DNA of 64,000 nucleotides. Origin: Escherichia phage vB_EcoM_112. This document shows, in pieces, positions 33,591-44,337 of this stretch. The notes under the pieces were generated by a model, which was not told where the DNA came from, ran no database searches, and saw only the letters and a program-made list of their open reading frames with translations. Location: the sequence record NC_024125.2. The stretch is one strand, 5' to 3'. The position numbers and the translations under genes were made by a program. Numbering within the stretch: the first letter of the stretch is position 1; each line of letters opens with the position of its first letter.

Positions 33591-33899
33591 TTATTTACCA
33601 ATAAATTGGAGCAAATGCTCAACTTTCATACCATTAACGGAAATCAATTTGTCAATAGAAAAACCTCGCCATGCGCCAAGTTCAACATCAAATACTGGAA
33701 TCATGTCAGTAGATTCTTTCCGAGTAGATTCAGTCAATTTACCAGTTTGCATGGTTGGCATAAAGTCTGCATCACGAGTACCTTTCATAGTACGAATAGT
33801 ACCATCAGACTTTTCAAAAACTACGTTTGAAACACCCATGGACAATTTAGTTTTCAAAATTTCGCGAATTGCTACTTTCTGCTCAGTTGTCAGTTTCAT
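33591..33899 (-). CDS. Hypothetical protein (T4 31.1 position)
   Basis: 102-aa ORF, ATG start. Confidence 0.65.
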   Translation of the reverse strand: MKLTTEQKVAIREILKTKLSMGVSNVVFEKSDGTIRTMKGTRDADFMPTMQTGKLTESTRKESTDMIPVFDVELGAWRGFSIDKLISVNGMKVEHLLQFIGK

Positions 33900-34139
33900 T
33901 TATTTACCTATTACAGTTTTAATATGAGTTGTTCCACGTTCTTTAAGGGTGGAAAGTAATTTTTGGCATTTTTCTAAATCAGATTTCCAACTATATGGTT
34001 TATCAATACAAACCCAATTTGTCTTATAATACTGTTTCCATTTAGAGAAAAAATATTTCTTATACTCTACAGCAAATGAGATGTTCTCATTAGAATAAGA
34101 ACTAATTGCTGTGAGCTTTACCAAACGAAATTTCATCAT
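33900..34139 (-). CDS. Hypothetical protein (T4 31.2 position)
   Basis: 79-aa ORF, tandem ATG start. Confidence 0.6.
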   Translation of the reverse strand: MMKFRLVKLTAISSYSNENISFAVEYKKYFFSKWKQYYKTNWVCIDKPYSWKSDLEKCQKLLSTLKERGTTHIKTVIGK

Positions 34140-34717
34140 TCACCACAGAATTCGTTGATATTTTCCCAGTTTAACTTATTCAAGTTTTTCTTAGGAACAT
34201 TAAACACTTCAATACCTGCATTTCGCAAAATATCATCCCAACCAGGTTTATTTTTATCATATGTTTCGCAATAAACCAGCTTTTTAATACCAGATTGAGC
34301 TATCGCTTTTGCACAATCTGGACAAGGAGAAAGTGTTACATACATAGTAGCACCTTCAATAGAAGAACCATTTCGTGCAGCAAACAAAATTGCATTTAAT
34401 TCAGCATGAATTTCATTTTTAGATGACCATTCCGAGTGAGCGCTGCGGTGTTCTTTCGCCAAGACAAAACGATCAGTTGAACCAAATGATACACATTCAG
34501 GCTTATGACCTTGAATGATAGTATGTTTAGGCTTATTCAATAACCAACCTTGCTCAGCAGCATAATCACAACAGTTCACACCCCCTGCGGGTGAACCATT
34601 ATACCCAGTAGAAATAATACGTCCATTCTTTTCAATTACTGCTCCTACCTTCCAGGAGCAACATTTTGATTCTTGTGATACTAAATATGCAATTTGAAGT
34701 ACTGTACTCGCTTTCAT
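34136..34717 (-). CDS. cd: dCMP deaminase
   Basis: 193-aa ORF with cytidine/deoxycytidylate deaminase zinc motifs (HAE...PCxxC); as T4 Cd. Confidence 0.93.
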   Translation of the reverse strand: MKASTVLQIAYLVSQESKCCSWKVGAVIEKNGRIISTGYNGSPAGGVNCCDYAAEQGWLLNKPKHTIIQGHKPECVSFGSTDRFVLAKEHRSAHSEWSSKNEIHAELNAILFAARNGSSIEGATMYVTLSPCPDCAKAIAQSGIKKLVYCETYDKNKPGWDDILRNAGIEVFNVPKKNLNKLNWENINEFCGE

Positions 34718-35052
34718 TTCATAATCACCAGATAAGCAGATTTAGCAGTTTCAACACGATAAATTTCGTGACGAAGTTTAGTTATACTTTTAATAACAGA
34801 ACTAATTATATTCTGCCCATCTTTAAAGCGGTTTTTCTTATCAATAAAAACTGCGCCAGTCATCTTTTTGTGAAGCTCAACTGGATACTTCGTCACAATA
34901 ATAGCATCATATACAGAAGGATGAATACTATTTACTAGAGTGTCATTCATTAAAGTTATTCTAATGAACTGTGCCGTTTCAGAGTCAAGCGCTCTATGAT
35001 CGCCAGTATCATTTTCAAGACAATTATCAATTATATCAGTTAAATTCATCAT
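34714..35052 (-). CDS. Hypothetical protein (T4 cd.1 position)
   Basis: 112-aa ORF, ATG start. Confidence 0.6.
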   Translation of the reverse strand: MMNLTDIIDNCLENDTGDHRALDSETAQFIRITLMNDTLVNSIHPSVYDAIIVTKYPVELHKKMTGAVFIDKKNRFKDGQNIISSVIKSITKLRHEIYRVETAKSAYLVIMK

Positions 35053-35288
35053 AGTACGCCATACACCCTTTGTGCTTCAACTAATCCATCAAAATCTAAT
35101 TTAAGATGCGATATTTGATCGCCATCACCTGGATTCACAATTACTAATACTGAGCGAGGAGTTTCGGTAATAACACGAACCGATGTTTCAGGAAATCGTT
35201 CAGAAACCTTATTTACCAATTCCTGTGCAAATAGCTTAACTTTTTCTTGGAATTCTTTAACAGTAATCGGTTTTTCACTTAACAGCAT
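35049..35288 (-). CDS. Hypothetical protein (T4 cd.2 position)
   Basis: 79-aa ORF, ATG start with GAGGAAAAC SD. Confidence 0.6.
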   Translation of the reverse strand: MLLSEKPITVKEFQEKVKLFAQELVNKVSERFPETSVRVITETPRSVLVIVNPGDGDQISHLKLDFDGLVEAQRVYGVL

Positions 35289-35317
35289 TTTGTTTTCCTC
35301 ATTTGTTTGGTAGAGCT

Positions 35318-35347
35318 ATAATATCACAACTCTACCGTAAAGTAAAC
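35318..35347 (-). promoter_or_regulatory. Putative early (sigma70-type) promoter upstream of the cd.2-like ORF
   Basis: Minus strand GTTTAC-N18-TATTAT. Confidence 0.4.
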
Positions 35348-35349
35348 TA

Positions 35350-35625
35350 TTAAATTGCTTTGAATTCTGCTGTCTGCGATTCAAAACGAATATCGCCTTG
35401 GATAACTAGCTCAGCATCAAGACCGAATACAACAATGATATGTGCAGAACCTGGATACAGCGTAATTGCAATAGAATCCACCTGGTCTGGAAGCAAAGTG
35501 TTCAATACATGAGTCACTTGAGCATGGATTCGAAGTTCGGCTGCGTTATCAAGCTTTTCAAACATATTATTAGCGATAATTTGACTAAACACTACTTCTA
35601 CGATTTTAGAATAAGTCGGAAACAT
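35350..35625 (-). CDS. Hypothetical protein (T4 cd.3 position)
   Basis: ORF-track start is TTG; ATG at 35625 with GAGG SD gives ~91 aa. Confidence 0.55.
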   Translation of the reverse strand: MFPTYSKIVEVVFSQIIANNMFEKLDNAAELRIHAQVTHVLNTLLPDQVDSIAITLYPGSAHIIVVFGLDAELVIQGDIRFESQTAEFKAI

Positions 35626-35627
35626 AT

Positions 35628-35828
35628 TTACCTCACATAATTTTCTTCGAGCCAATCAATAACATCCAACGCATTATCAAAAGTTGAACCATCTACTTTG
35701 TCTTCTGTTTCATAATCAAGAACATCTAAACCTACTCTTCCATCAACAATAGGCCATAAACAAAACAGGTATTTCTTTTCTTTTTCAATTTTATCGCAAA
35801 GACGATAAATCTTTTCTATGTTATTCAT
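35628..35828 (-). CDS. Hypothetical protein (T4 cd.4 position)
   Basis: 66-aa ORF, ATG start. Confidence 0.55.
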   Translation of the reverse strand: MNNIEKIYRLCDKIEKEKKYLFCLWPIVDGRVGLDVLDYETEDKVDGSTFDNALDVIDWLEENYVR

Positions 35829-36017
35829 AAGTTTTCCATGGTAAAGGCAGTTTAGTTTTCTTTACTGTTAGTTCAACATCAGGATTCTTTTCTCTTAATT
35901 TAAGGCATTCCTCCCAAGCTCTGATTTCACTAGTGAATACACAAAATTGCCCATTACTAGTACCGACTAAACCACTATTTACAATAATAATAGCCCAAGT
36001 TTCATGGTGCAAAGCCA

Positions 36018-36018
<1 letters not shown>
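35821..36018 (-). CDS. Hypothetical protein (T4 cd.5 position)
   Basis: Internal ATG at 36018 overlaps pseT stop (TAATG), giving 65 aa; the track's longer start overlaps pseT by 31 nt. Confidence 0.5.
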
Positions 36019-37234
<1,216 letters not shown>

Positions 37235-37462
37235 TTATTTTTTCTCAACCAGTGATTGAATATAATCATGCAGGTCTTTAGATGCTTTGCCCCACTTATT
37301 TTGATATTCATTTTTGAGATTAGCACGTGATTGAGCTAATAAAACATCATTAGTTGGAGGTAAAGATTCTAACCGCTGAATTTGGCGTCCATAAATCATT
37401 GCTGCCATCTCGGATTCATAAATCAATCCTTTGAGATGTTCAAATTGATGCCATGAAATCAT
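37235..37462 (-). CDS. Hypothetical protein
   Basis: 75-aa ORF, ATG start. Confidence 0.55.
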   Translation of the reverse strand: MISWHQFEHLKGLIYESEMAAMIYGRQIQRLESLPPTNDVLLAQSRANLKNEYQNKWGKASKDLHDYIQSLVEKK

Positions 37463-37758
37463 TTACATTTATCCTCTTTTAACTCTTGACGATAATAACA
37501 TATCATAGTTTTCTGGTCATGTACATATCGTTTTACATCATTAAGCCAAATACGGAATTCCTGAGAATCTTCAAATGGCATACCGACCCAAGCTTTACCA
37601 TCGATAACTTTAACTTGCCAAGATAGTTTAGCTTCGTCATATGACTTTATTTGTACAGGCCAATTAGGATGAACTGTTTCTTTCTTTACTTCTAGAGGCT
37701 TTGTCGAACAACCAACTAGAAGACCAATAGATAATATTACTGCTGATAGTTTAATCAT
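37459..37758 (-). CDS. Outer-membrane spanin lipoprotein (o-spanin, Rz1 equivalent; T4 PseT.2-like)
   Basis: 99-aa ORF with lipoprotein signal MIKLSAVILSIGLLVGC (lipobox LVGC); lies directly downstream of the i-spanin-like ORF. Confidence 0.7.
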   Translation of the reverse strand: MIKLSAVILSIGLLVGCSTKPLEVKKETVHPNWPVQIKSYDEAKLSWQVKVIDGKAWVGMPFEDSQEFRIWLNDVKRYVHDQKTMICYYRQELKEDKCK

Positions 37759-38108
37759 TTAGAAAGGTCCTGGATGTCTTCTGCGAACTTGTTGAAGGAG
37801 TTGTTGATTTGTTTTTCAACCAATCCTGGCTTATGAGCCACCACATCCGCCTTCTTTGCGGCTTTGCGCAGTGTTTCATTTTCACGCTCAATAGCAGCAA
37901 TTGCCTCACGATTTTTATTATTCATCGCATCAATATAATTATACTGAATTCGCAAATTATTTAATGCTAAAGCGTTTTCATTGGCTGTTTTTGTAATTTC
38001 AGTAACTGATGTTTCTAATCTTTCTACCTTATTTTTTAAAATAATAGATGTTCCGCCAAATGCTATTACAAGTAATAGCAATCCAGCTGTAAAATTACTT
38101 ACATGCAT
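37755..38108 (-). CDS. Inner-membrane spanin (i-spanin, Rz equivalent; T4 PseT.3-like)
   Basis: 117-aa ORF with N-terminal transmembrane segment (TAGLLLLVIAFGGTSIIL) and coiled-coil periplasmic region. Confidence 0.7.
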   Translation of the reverse strand: MHVSNFTAGLLLLVIAFGGTSIILKNKVERLETSVTEITKTANENALALNNLRIQYNYIDAMNNKNREAIAAIERENETLRKAAKKADVVAHKPGLVEKQINNSFNKFAEDIQDLSK

Positions 38109-38605
38109 AAAGTTTTAATAACCTCTATAATATCGTCTTGAGAAAGACCGTTAATTAAAATATGATGTTCAGCTGGAGATTTAGAAATTTTAAAGCATGC
38201 CTCAACATCTTCTGCCATATCCGATGCACTACGATTTGGATTACTAATCCCAAGGCGGTGTTTTCCCGTCAAAGGATTAACAATAATGTAGCATTTACAA
38301 CTATTGATATGAACATTAGGCTGAGTCTGATTAATGAACACTTCACAATCATACTTAGCGAGTTGATTTTCTAAAAAGACTTTCATCTCTTCAACCGCAT
38401 CAGGAAGCATATCACGGGCTTGCTCAAGACGACGATTTCGATATTCTTTAATGGTCGTTTTCCGCTTGACTTGCTTAGCTAAATCTTTCTTAAGATCAGT
38501 GATATATCCAACTCGACGATTTCCTTTGAATACCGAAATCCCATCTGTAGTATCACCGTATGCTTCAACGACCATTTCAGTAGTAATAAGCTGCAAATCC
38601 ATCAT
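38099..38605 (-). CDS. alc: Alc, inhibitor of host transcription elongation
   Basis: 168-aa ORF matching T4 Alc in size and position. Confidence 0.85.
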   Translation of the reverse strand: MMDLQLITTEMVVEAYGDTTDGISVFKGNRRVGYITDLKKDLAKQVKRKTTIKEYRNRRLEQARDMLPDAVEEMKVFLENQLAKYDCEVFINQTQPNVHINSCKCYIIVNPLTGKHRLGISNPNRSASDMAEDVEACFKISKSPAEHHILINGLSQDDIIEVIKTLCM

Positions 38606-38609
38606 AAAG

Positions 38610-38663
38610 TCCTCATGTTATGTCAGTAAGACTACTATAACACAACACGAGGGACTTGTAAAC
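38610..38663 (-). promoter_or_regulatory. Early (sigma70-type) promoter plus leader, copy B of the exact 54-bp repeat
   Basis: Identical to 25017..25070; ends 4 nt upstream of the alc ATG. Confidence 0.6.
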
Positions 38664-38666
38664 AGC

Positions 38667-40254
<1,588 letters not shown>

Positions 40255-40261
40255 AATAAAA

Positions 40262-40275
40262 TGGGCCTTACGGCC
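40262..40275 (-). other. GNRA-tetraloop hairpin between nrdB and denA
   Basis: Minus-strand GGGCC-GUAA-GGCCC between the nrdB stop and the denA start. Confidence 0.4.
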
Positions 40276-40281
40276 CACTCC

Positions 40282-40784
40282 TTAAAAATATTTTTTAAAA
40301 CTCATCATAACTTTATCATCAACATCATTATCAATCTGTGCAACAAGGTAAGATGACAGTTCTACTTCTTGTGGCGCGGATTGAACATTATCAGAATTAA
40401 GATATTCACGAATCCAAGGATACGGATGTTTAACCGGAGCATCGGTAATTGGGCATGGAAGACCACACTGTTTCATACGAGATACAGTTAAGTAATCAAT
40501 AAAGCTCCACATGCTATTTGTATTTAATCCAGGAACATCGCCATCTTTAAATAAATGAACTGCCCAATCTTTTTCTTGGCGGTTAACTTCCATGAAAATA
40601 TCAACTGCTTCTTGTTCACACTCTTGAGCAATTTTAACCCATTCATCGCCATCAGTGCCAAGTTGAAGTTGACGAATAATATATTGAGTGCCTTTAAGGT
40701 GAAGCTGCTCATCACGTGCAATGAACTTCATAATCTTGGCATTACCTTCCATGATTTCCATGTTCTTATGGAAGTTGAAAGTAC
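40282..40784 (-). CDS. nrdB: Ribonucleotide reductase small subunit NrdB, exon 2
   Basis: Continues ...SFA|C-TFNFHKNMEIMEGNAKIMKFIARDEQLHL... (compare E. coli SFACSFAFAERELMEGNAK); junction codon TGT is split 1/2 across the intron. Confidence 0.85.
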
Positions 40785-40920
40785 CGTTATGTTCGATTGA
40801 GCTCGCTAATTCTCAACCCGTTCTCTTATGAACTGCTACATATTACTATGCAGACCAGACTATATCACAATCCCAGAGGGATTCTCCCCATTTCGAGTCG
40901 CTTGACCCTACGTCCGAAGA

Positions 40921-41730
40921 CTAGTCGTTGAACCTTGCTTTGCAATTGTCGCCGTGCCATCGTTTATATGTTGATGGTGATAAATCTTTCTTATCACAAT
41001 ATGGACAATTCAATTGAATTCTATTTGGATTTAATTTACATCTGTCATTATGTTTTAGATAAAATCCAGGACCTTTACCAATGTGACCGCAGAAATCACA
41101 TGTGATTTCTTTTTGTGCAGGATGGGTCCCGTTCTTAACCATTTCTAATGTTTTTGCTGATGTTCTTTTCTTATGGTCTTCTGACAAGAAATGATGTGAA
41201 CCGTCATTTACCCGTTTTGATTGAGTTTCTGACTGCATTTTACCACCGCAAAATACATGAGTACCTTCTTTTATAGCTGCAATATTGCGTTCTTTAACTT
41301 TTGCAATATGCTCAGCTTGTTGAAAATTATGTATACCTAATGCAACTCTATTTAAATTAGATTTACGCTGTATTTCACCATCTAAAAGATGAAATGTACC
41401 ATTTTCTATCTTAGATTTAATAGAGGCAATATTTTTAGCTCGTACTTCAGGGATATTAAAAATCTGGATTTCTCTAGATTTTGCGGCTTTAGAAGCTAAT
41501 TCAGAAATTTCTTCAGGAGAATATTTCATTCTAAGCTTTATAGCATGACAAGCCTGGTAATCTTTTTGAGCTAAATGTATATCATAATGTTCCTGTATAG
41601 AAAGGCACATCAAATTATCTAAATCATTATTTTCACGGTTACCGTCTTTATGATGGATTTCGTATGTTCTTCCATCAGAATCTTTAGGTATAGGTCCGTT
41701 AGCATCTATCCAAATTTTTCTATAGTTCAA
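40921..41730 (-). CDS. Intron-encoded HNH homing endonuclease (I-TevIII-like, full length)
   Basis: 269-aa ORF; HNH motif EIHHKDGNRENNDLDNLMCLSIQEHYDIH, C-terminal Cys clusters; apparent TTG start 7 nt after AAGAGGA. Confidence 0.8.
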   Translation of the reverse strand: MNYRKIWIDANGPIPKDSDGRTYEIHHKDGNRENNDLDNLMCLSIQEHYDIHLAQKDYQACHAIKLRMKYSPEEISELASKAAKSREIQIFNIPEVRAKNIASIKSKIENGTFHLLDGEIQRKSNLNRVALGIHNFQQAEHIAKVKERNIAAIKEGTHVFCGGKMQSETQSKRVNDGSHHFLSEDHKKRTSAKTLEMVKNGTHPAQKEITCDFCGHIGKGPGFYLKHNDRCKLNPNRIQLNCPYCDKKDLSPSTYKRWHGDNCKARFND

Positions 41731-41757
41731 TTGTGCATCCTCTTAAAAGTATAATCA

Positions 41758-41765
41758 TATTTATA
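41758..41765 (-). promoter_or_regulatory. T4-type late promoter (TATAAATA on minus strand) inside the nrdB intron
   Basis: Plus-strand TATTTATA about 28 nt upstream of the endonuclease start. Confidence 0.5.
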
Positions 41766-41875
41766 TTATACTAATTAAAGGTGCAAGCAAAACCTTGGCT
41801 GCTAGTTTTCCTATAAAGGACTTTCCAGCAATTAAAGGAGTTTTCGATAAACGTTACCGTTTAAAGGCGCATTTT

Positions 41876-42551
41876 ACGCAAAAGATACATAAAAACGAAT
41901 AGCTTCTAAGGCATTAATAACGTGCAAACAGAGGTAAAGAGATTTCATTAAAGCACGTTTAGCTTCGGCTTCTTGCTTAATAGCTCGGTTTAAACGAAAG
42001 TCGGCATCAGGAGATTCTTTAGCTAGTTCTACAAATTCTTTAGCATTTTCCCATTCACGGGTTTTAACCAAGACATCATCATAATAGCGACCAATAGATT
42101 CAGCACGTTTCATGATAGCTTCATCTAATACAATCTCATCAAATACCTTTGACGGATCAGTATAAAGATTTCGCATGATATGTGTATATGAACGGCTGTG
42201 AATAGTTTCACTAAAAGTCCACGTAGCAATCCATGTATCAAGGCTTGGGTCTGAAATTAATGACATAAGTACAGCAGATGGCGCACGACCCTGAATGCTA
42301 TCCAAAAGTGATTGATACTTCAGATTATTAGTAAAAATATTTTGCTGATACTGAGGAAGCTTATTAAACTGTGCAGCATCCATCATCAAGTTTACTTCTT
42401 CAGGACGCCAGAAAAATGACAACTGCTTTTCGGTCAAATCTTCAAAAACTTTATGACGTTGAATATCATAACGCGCAATACCAAGACCTGAACCAAAAAA
42501 CATGGGTTCTTTTAAAACATCAACTGGATTTGTATTAAAAACTGTGCTCAT
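41876..42551 (-). CDS. nrdB: Ribonucleotide reductase small subunit NrdB, exon 1
   Basis: MSTVFNTNPVDVLKEPMFFG...LEAIRFYVSFA; diiron/tyrosyl-radical R2 fold; frame closes at intron UAA. Confidence 0.9.
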
Positions 42552-42602
42552 AAATTTTCCGCTTAGTTAATAGTTGGTGACTCGTCCGTGAGTCAAATTA
42601 TA

Positions 42603-43592
42603 TCATAATTTACAGGATGAACAATCTTCAGCTTTTGGAGTTTCTATTTCATAATCATCAGTACCAGAACCATCACGGGTATTATGATAATAGAAATTTT
42701 TTCCGCCAAAATACCAGAAATACAAAAGGTCATCAATCATTATTGACATTGGAACCTTTCCTTTAGGGAAGATTTGGGGGTCATAGTATGTATTCGCTGA
42801 AGCTGATTGACATACCCATTTCAGCATAATAGCTACCTGCGTAAGATAAGGTTTATTACCTTTCTTAGCTAATTTCCATGTATAATCATAGAGGTCTATG
42901 TTATGCTCAATATTGGGCACGACTTGATTAAAGGAGCCCTCTTTTGATTCTTTAACAGAGACTGGTCCACGTGGAGGCTCGATACCGTTTGTACTGTTAG
43001 AAACTTGGGAAGATGACTCACATGGCATAAGTGCTGATAATGTGCTATTACGGATGCCAAAGAGCTTAAGGTCTTCCCGCAGCGACGACCAGTCACAAAC
43101 GTATTTTGGAGCTGCGATTTGGTCAATCTTTTTATTGTACCAGTCGATAGGTAGTTCGCCTCGAGACCAACGAGTGTCTGAATAATATTCGCAAGGTCCT
43201 TTTTCTTTGGCGAGCTTAATGGATGCTTTAATGAGTCCATACTGTAATCTCTCAAATAGTTCATGTGTTAAATCGTTAGCATCTTCATAAGAAGCAAAGT
43301 TACTTGCCAGCCAAGCTGCATAGTTAGTAACACCTACACCAAGGTTTCGACGCTTTTTAGCTTTTTCTGCTTCAGGAACTGGATATCCTTGGTAATCCAA
43401 AAGATTATCAAGAGCACGAACTTGAACTTCTGCCAATTCATTAATTTTATCTTGGTCTTGCCAGTCAAAATTATCTAGTACGAATGCAGAGAGAGTACAA
43501 AGCCCCACTTCTCCCTTGTTTTCAATAACTTTTATTGTAGTATACTCATCATCTTCGTAAAATTCATCTACAAATTCATAATCAATATTCAT
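42603..43592 (-). CDS. nrdA: Ribonucleotide reductase large subunit, C-terminal piece (nrdA-b-like), separately initiated
   Basis: 329-aa ORF: 23-aa acidic leader MNIDYEFVDEFYEDDEYTTIKVI then conserved ENKGEVGLCTLSAF... through the C-terminal CSSCKL; ATG overlaps the stop of the HNH ORF. Confidence 0.8.
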   Translation of the reverse strand: MNIDYEFVDEFYEDDEYTTIKVIENKGEVGLCTLSAFVLDNFDWQDQDKINELAEVQVRALDNLLDYQGYPVPEAEKAKKRRNLGVGVTNYAAWLASNFASYEDANDLTHELFERLQYGLIKASIKLAKEKGPCEYYSDTRWSRGELPIDWYNKKIDQIAAPKYVCDWSSLREDLKLFGIRNSTLSALMPCESSSQVSNSTNGIEPPRGPVSVKESKEGSFNQVVPNIEHNIDLYDYTWKLAKKGNKPYLTQVAIMLKWVCQSASANTYYDPQIFPKGKVPMSIMIDDLLYFWYFGGKNFYYHNTRDGSGTDDYEIETPKAEDCSSCKL

Positions 43593-44292
43593 TTAATTCT
43601 TTTACCTTTTTTCTAGTAATTCCTAAAGCTTTAGATGCTCGATGTATTGATTGATATTCTATACCGTTTATTTTTACAGCAATTAAGTTATGGGGTTTTA
43701 ATCCCTTTGGATGAGGTTTACTGACGAAAACTAAATTATCAAGTTCTGAAATCTTATCCAATTTCTTACACTTAAATCCTTTGTGATGCGACCGTTTACC
43801 TTTACAAACGGCTGACATTGCAGATGGATTTAAATTATGCTCTTTACAAAATTCGTTAAGACCTCGATGAATTTCCTCATGACCATCCGGAAATGTAAAC
43901 ACCCAAGATGTTTGAAGTCGAGATTTAACTTCTGGAGACATAGGAATACCTTTGTTCCAAGCTGGTTTGCCTTTATTATTTTCAGATACAGAAATAGCCA
44001 ATTTTCTTCTAAGCCACCCATGGCGTTTATTGGTGTTCTTTCGTTCAATATTATCTTCAGAATAAACACACATCATATTAGCGGCAAATATCAATTTATG
44101 ATTATTTGGATATATCTTTACTAATAATTGATGAGCTATGTAATGCTCTTCTGGTGTCAAATCTACCAGGTTTTCCTTTGTATCAGAACCACCAATACAC
44201 AGAGGTATAATATGGTGTGATTCGGTATAGCAATCTAATTTTCTATTCTTAGCTTTAGAAATAAGGTTATTGTAAATTTTAAAATAATCCAT
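43582..44292 (-). CDS. Free-standing HNH homing endonuclease (MobE-like) inserted within nrdA
   Basis: 236-aa ORF; HNH motif CYTESHHIIPLCIGGSDTKENLVDLTPEEHYIAH; own AGAGGAAAAG SD; lies between the two nrdA pieces. Confidence 0.8.
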   Translation of the reverse strand: MDYFKIYNNLISKAKNRKLDCYTESHHIIPLCIGGSDTKENLVDLTPEEHYIAHQLLVKIYPNNHKLIFAANMMCVYSEDNIERKNTNKRHGWLRRKLAISVSENNKGKPAWNKGIPMSPEVKSRLQTSWVFTFPDGHEEIHRGLNEFCKEHNLNPSAMSAVCKGKRSHHKGFKCKKLDKISELDNLVFVSKPHPKGLKPHNLIAVKINGIEYQSIHRASKALGITRKKVKELNEY

Positions 44293-44337
44293 AACTTTTC
44301 CTCTTGTTATGGATTATTTATTAACGGTCTGTGTACT

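Larger units (their letters stand above)
40785..41875 (-). mobile_element. Group I intron in nrdB (~1091 nt) carrying a full-length HNH endonuclease ORF
   Basis: Exon 1 ends on U of ...GCG-U, the next three nt are a stop (UAA); exon 2 restores the conserved frame; 5' intron sequence AAAAUGCGCCUUUAAACGGUAACG matches the T4 nrdB intron as recalled. Confidence 0.85.

Noticed and set aside
40282-42551. Possibility that the two nrdB ORFs are separate genes or a frameshifted pseudogene
   Set aside because: The pieces join to restore conserved R2 sequence across a TGT codon split by the intron, and the intervening sequence begins like the T4 nrdB group I intron and contains a homing endonuclease ORF.
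42896-43264. 122-aa ORF overlapping nrdA-b
   Set aside because: Alternate frame within a conserved NrdA coding segment; no ribosome-binding site.
43582-44292. Intein interrupting NrdA
   Set aside because: The endonuclease ORF is in a different frame from both nrdA pieces, is bounded by a stop codon upstream and has its own ribosome-binding site, so it cannot be translated as an in-frame intein.
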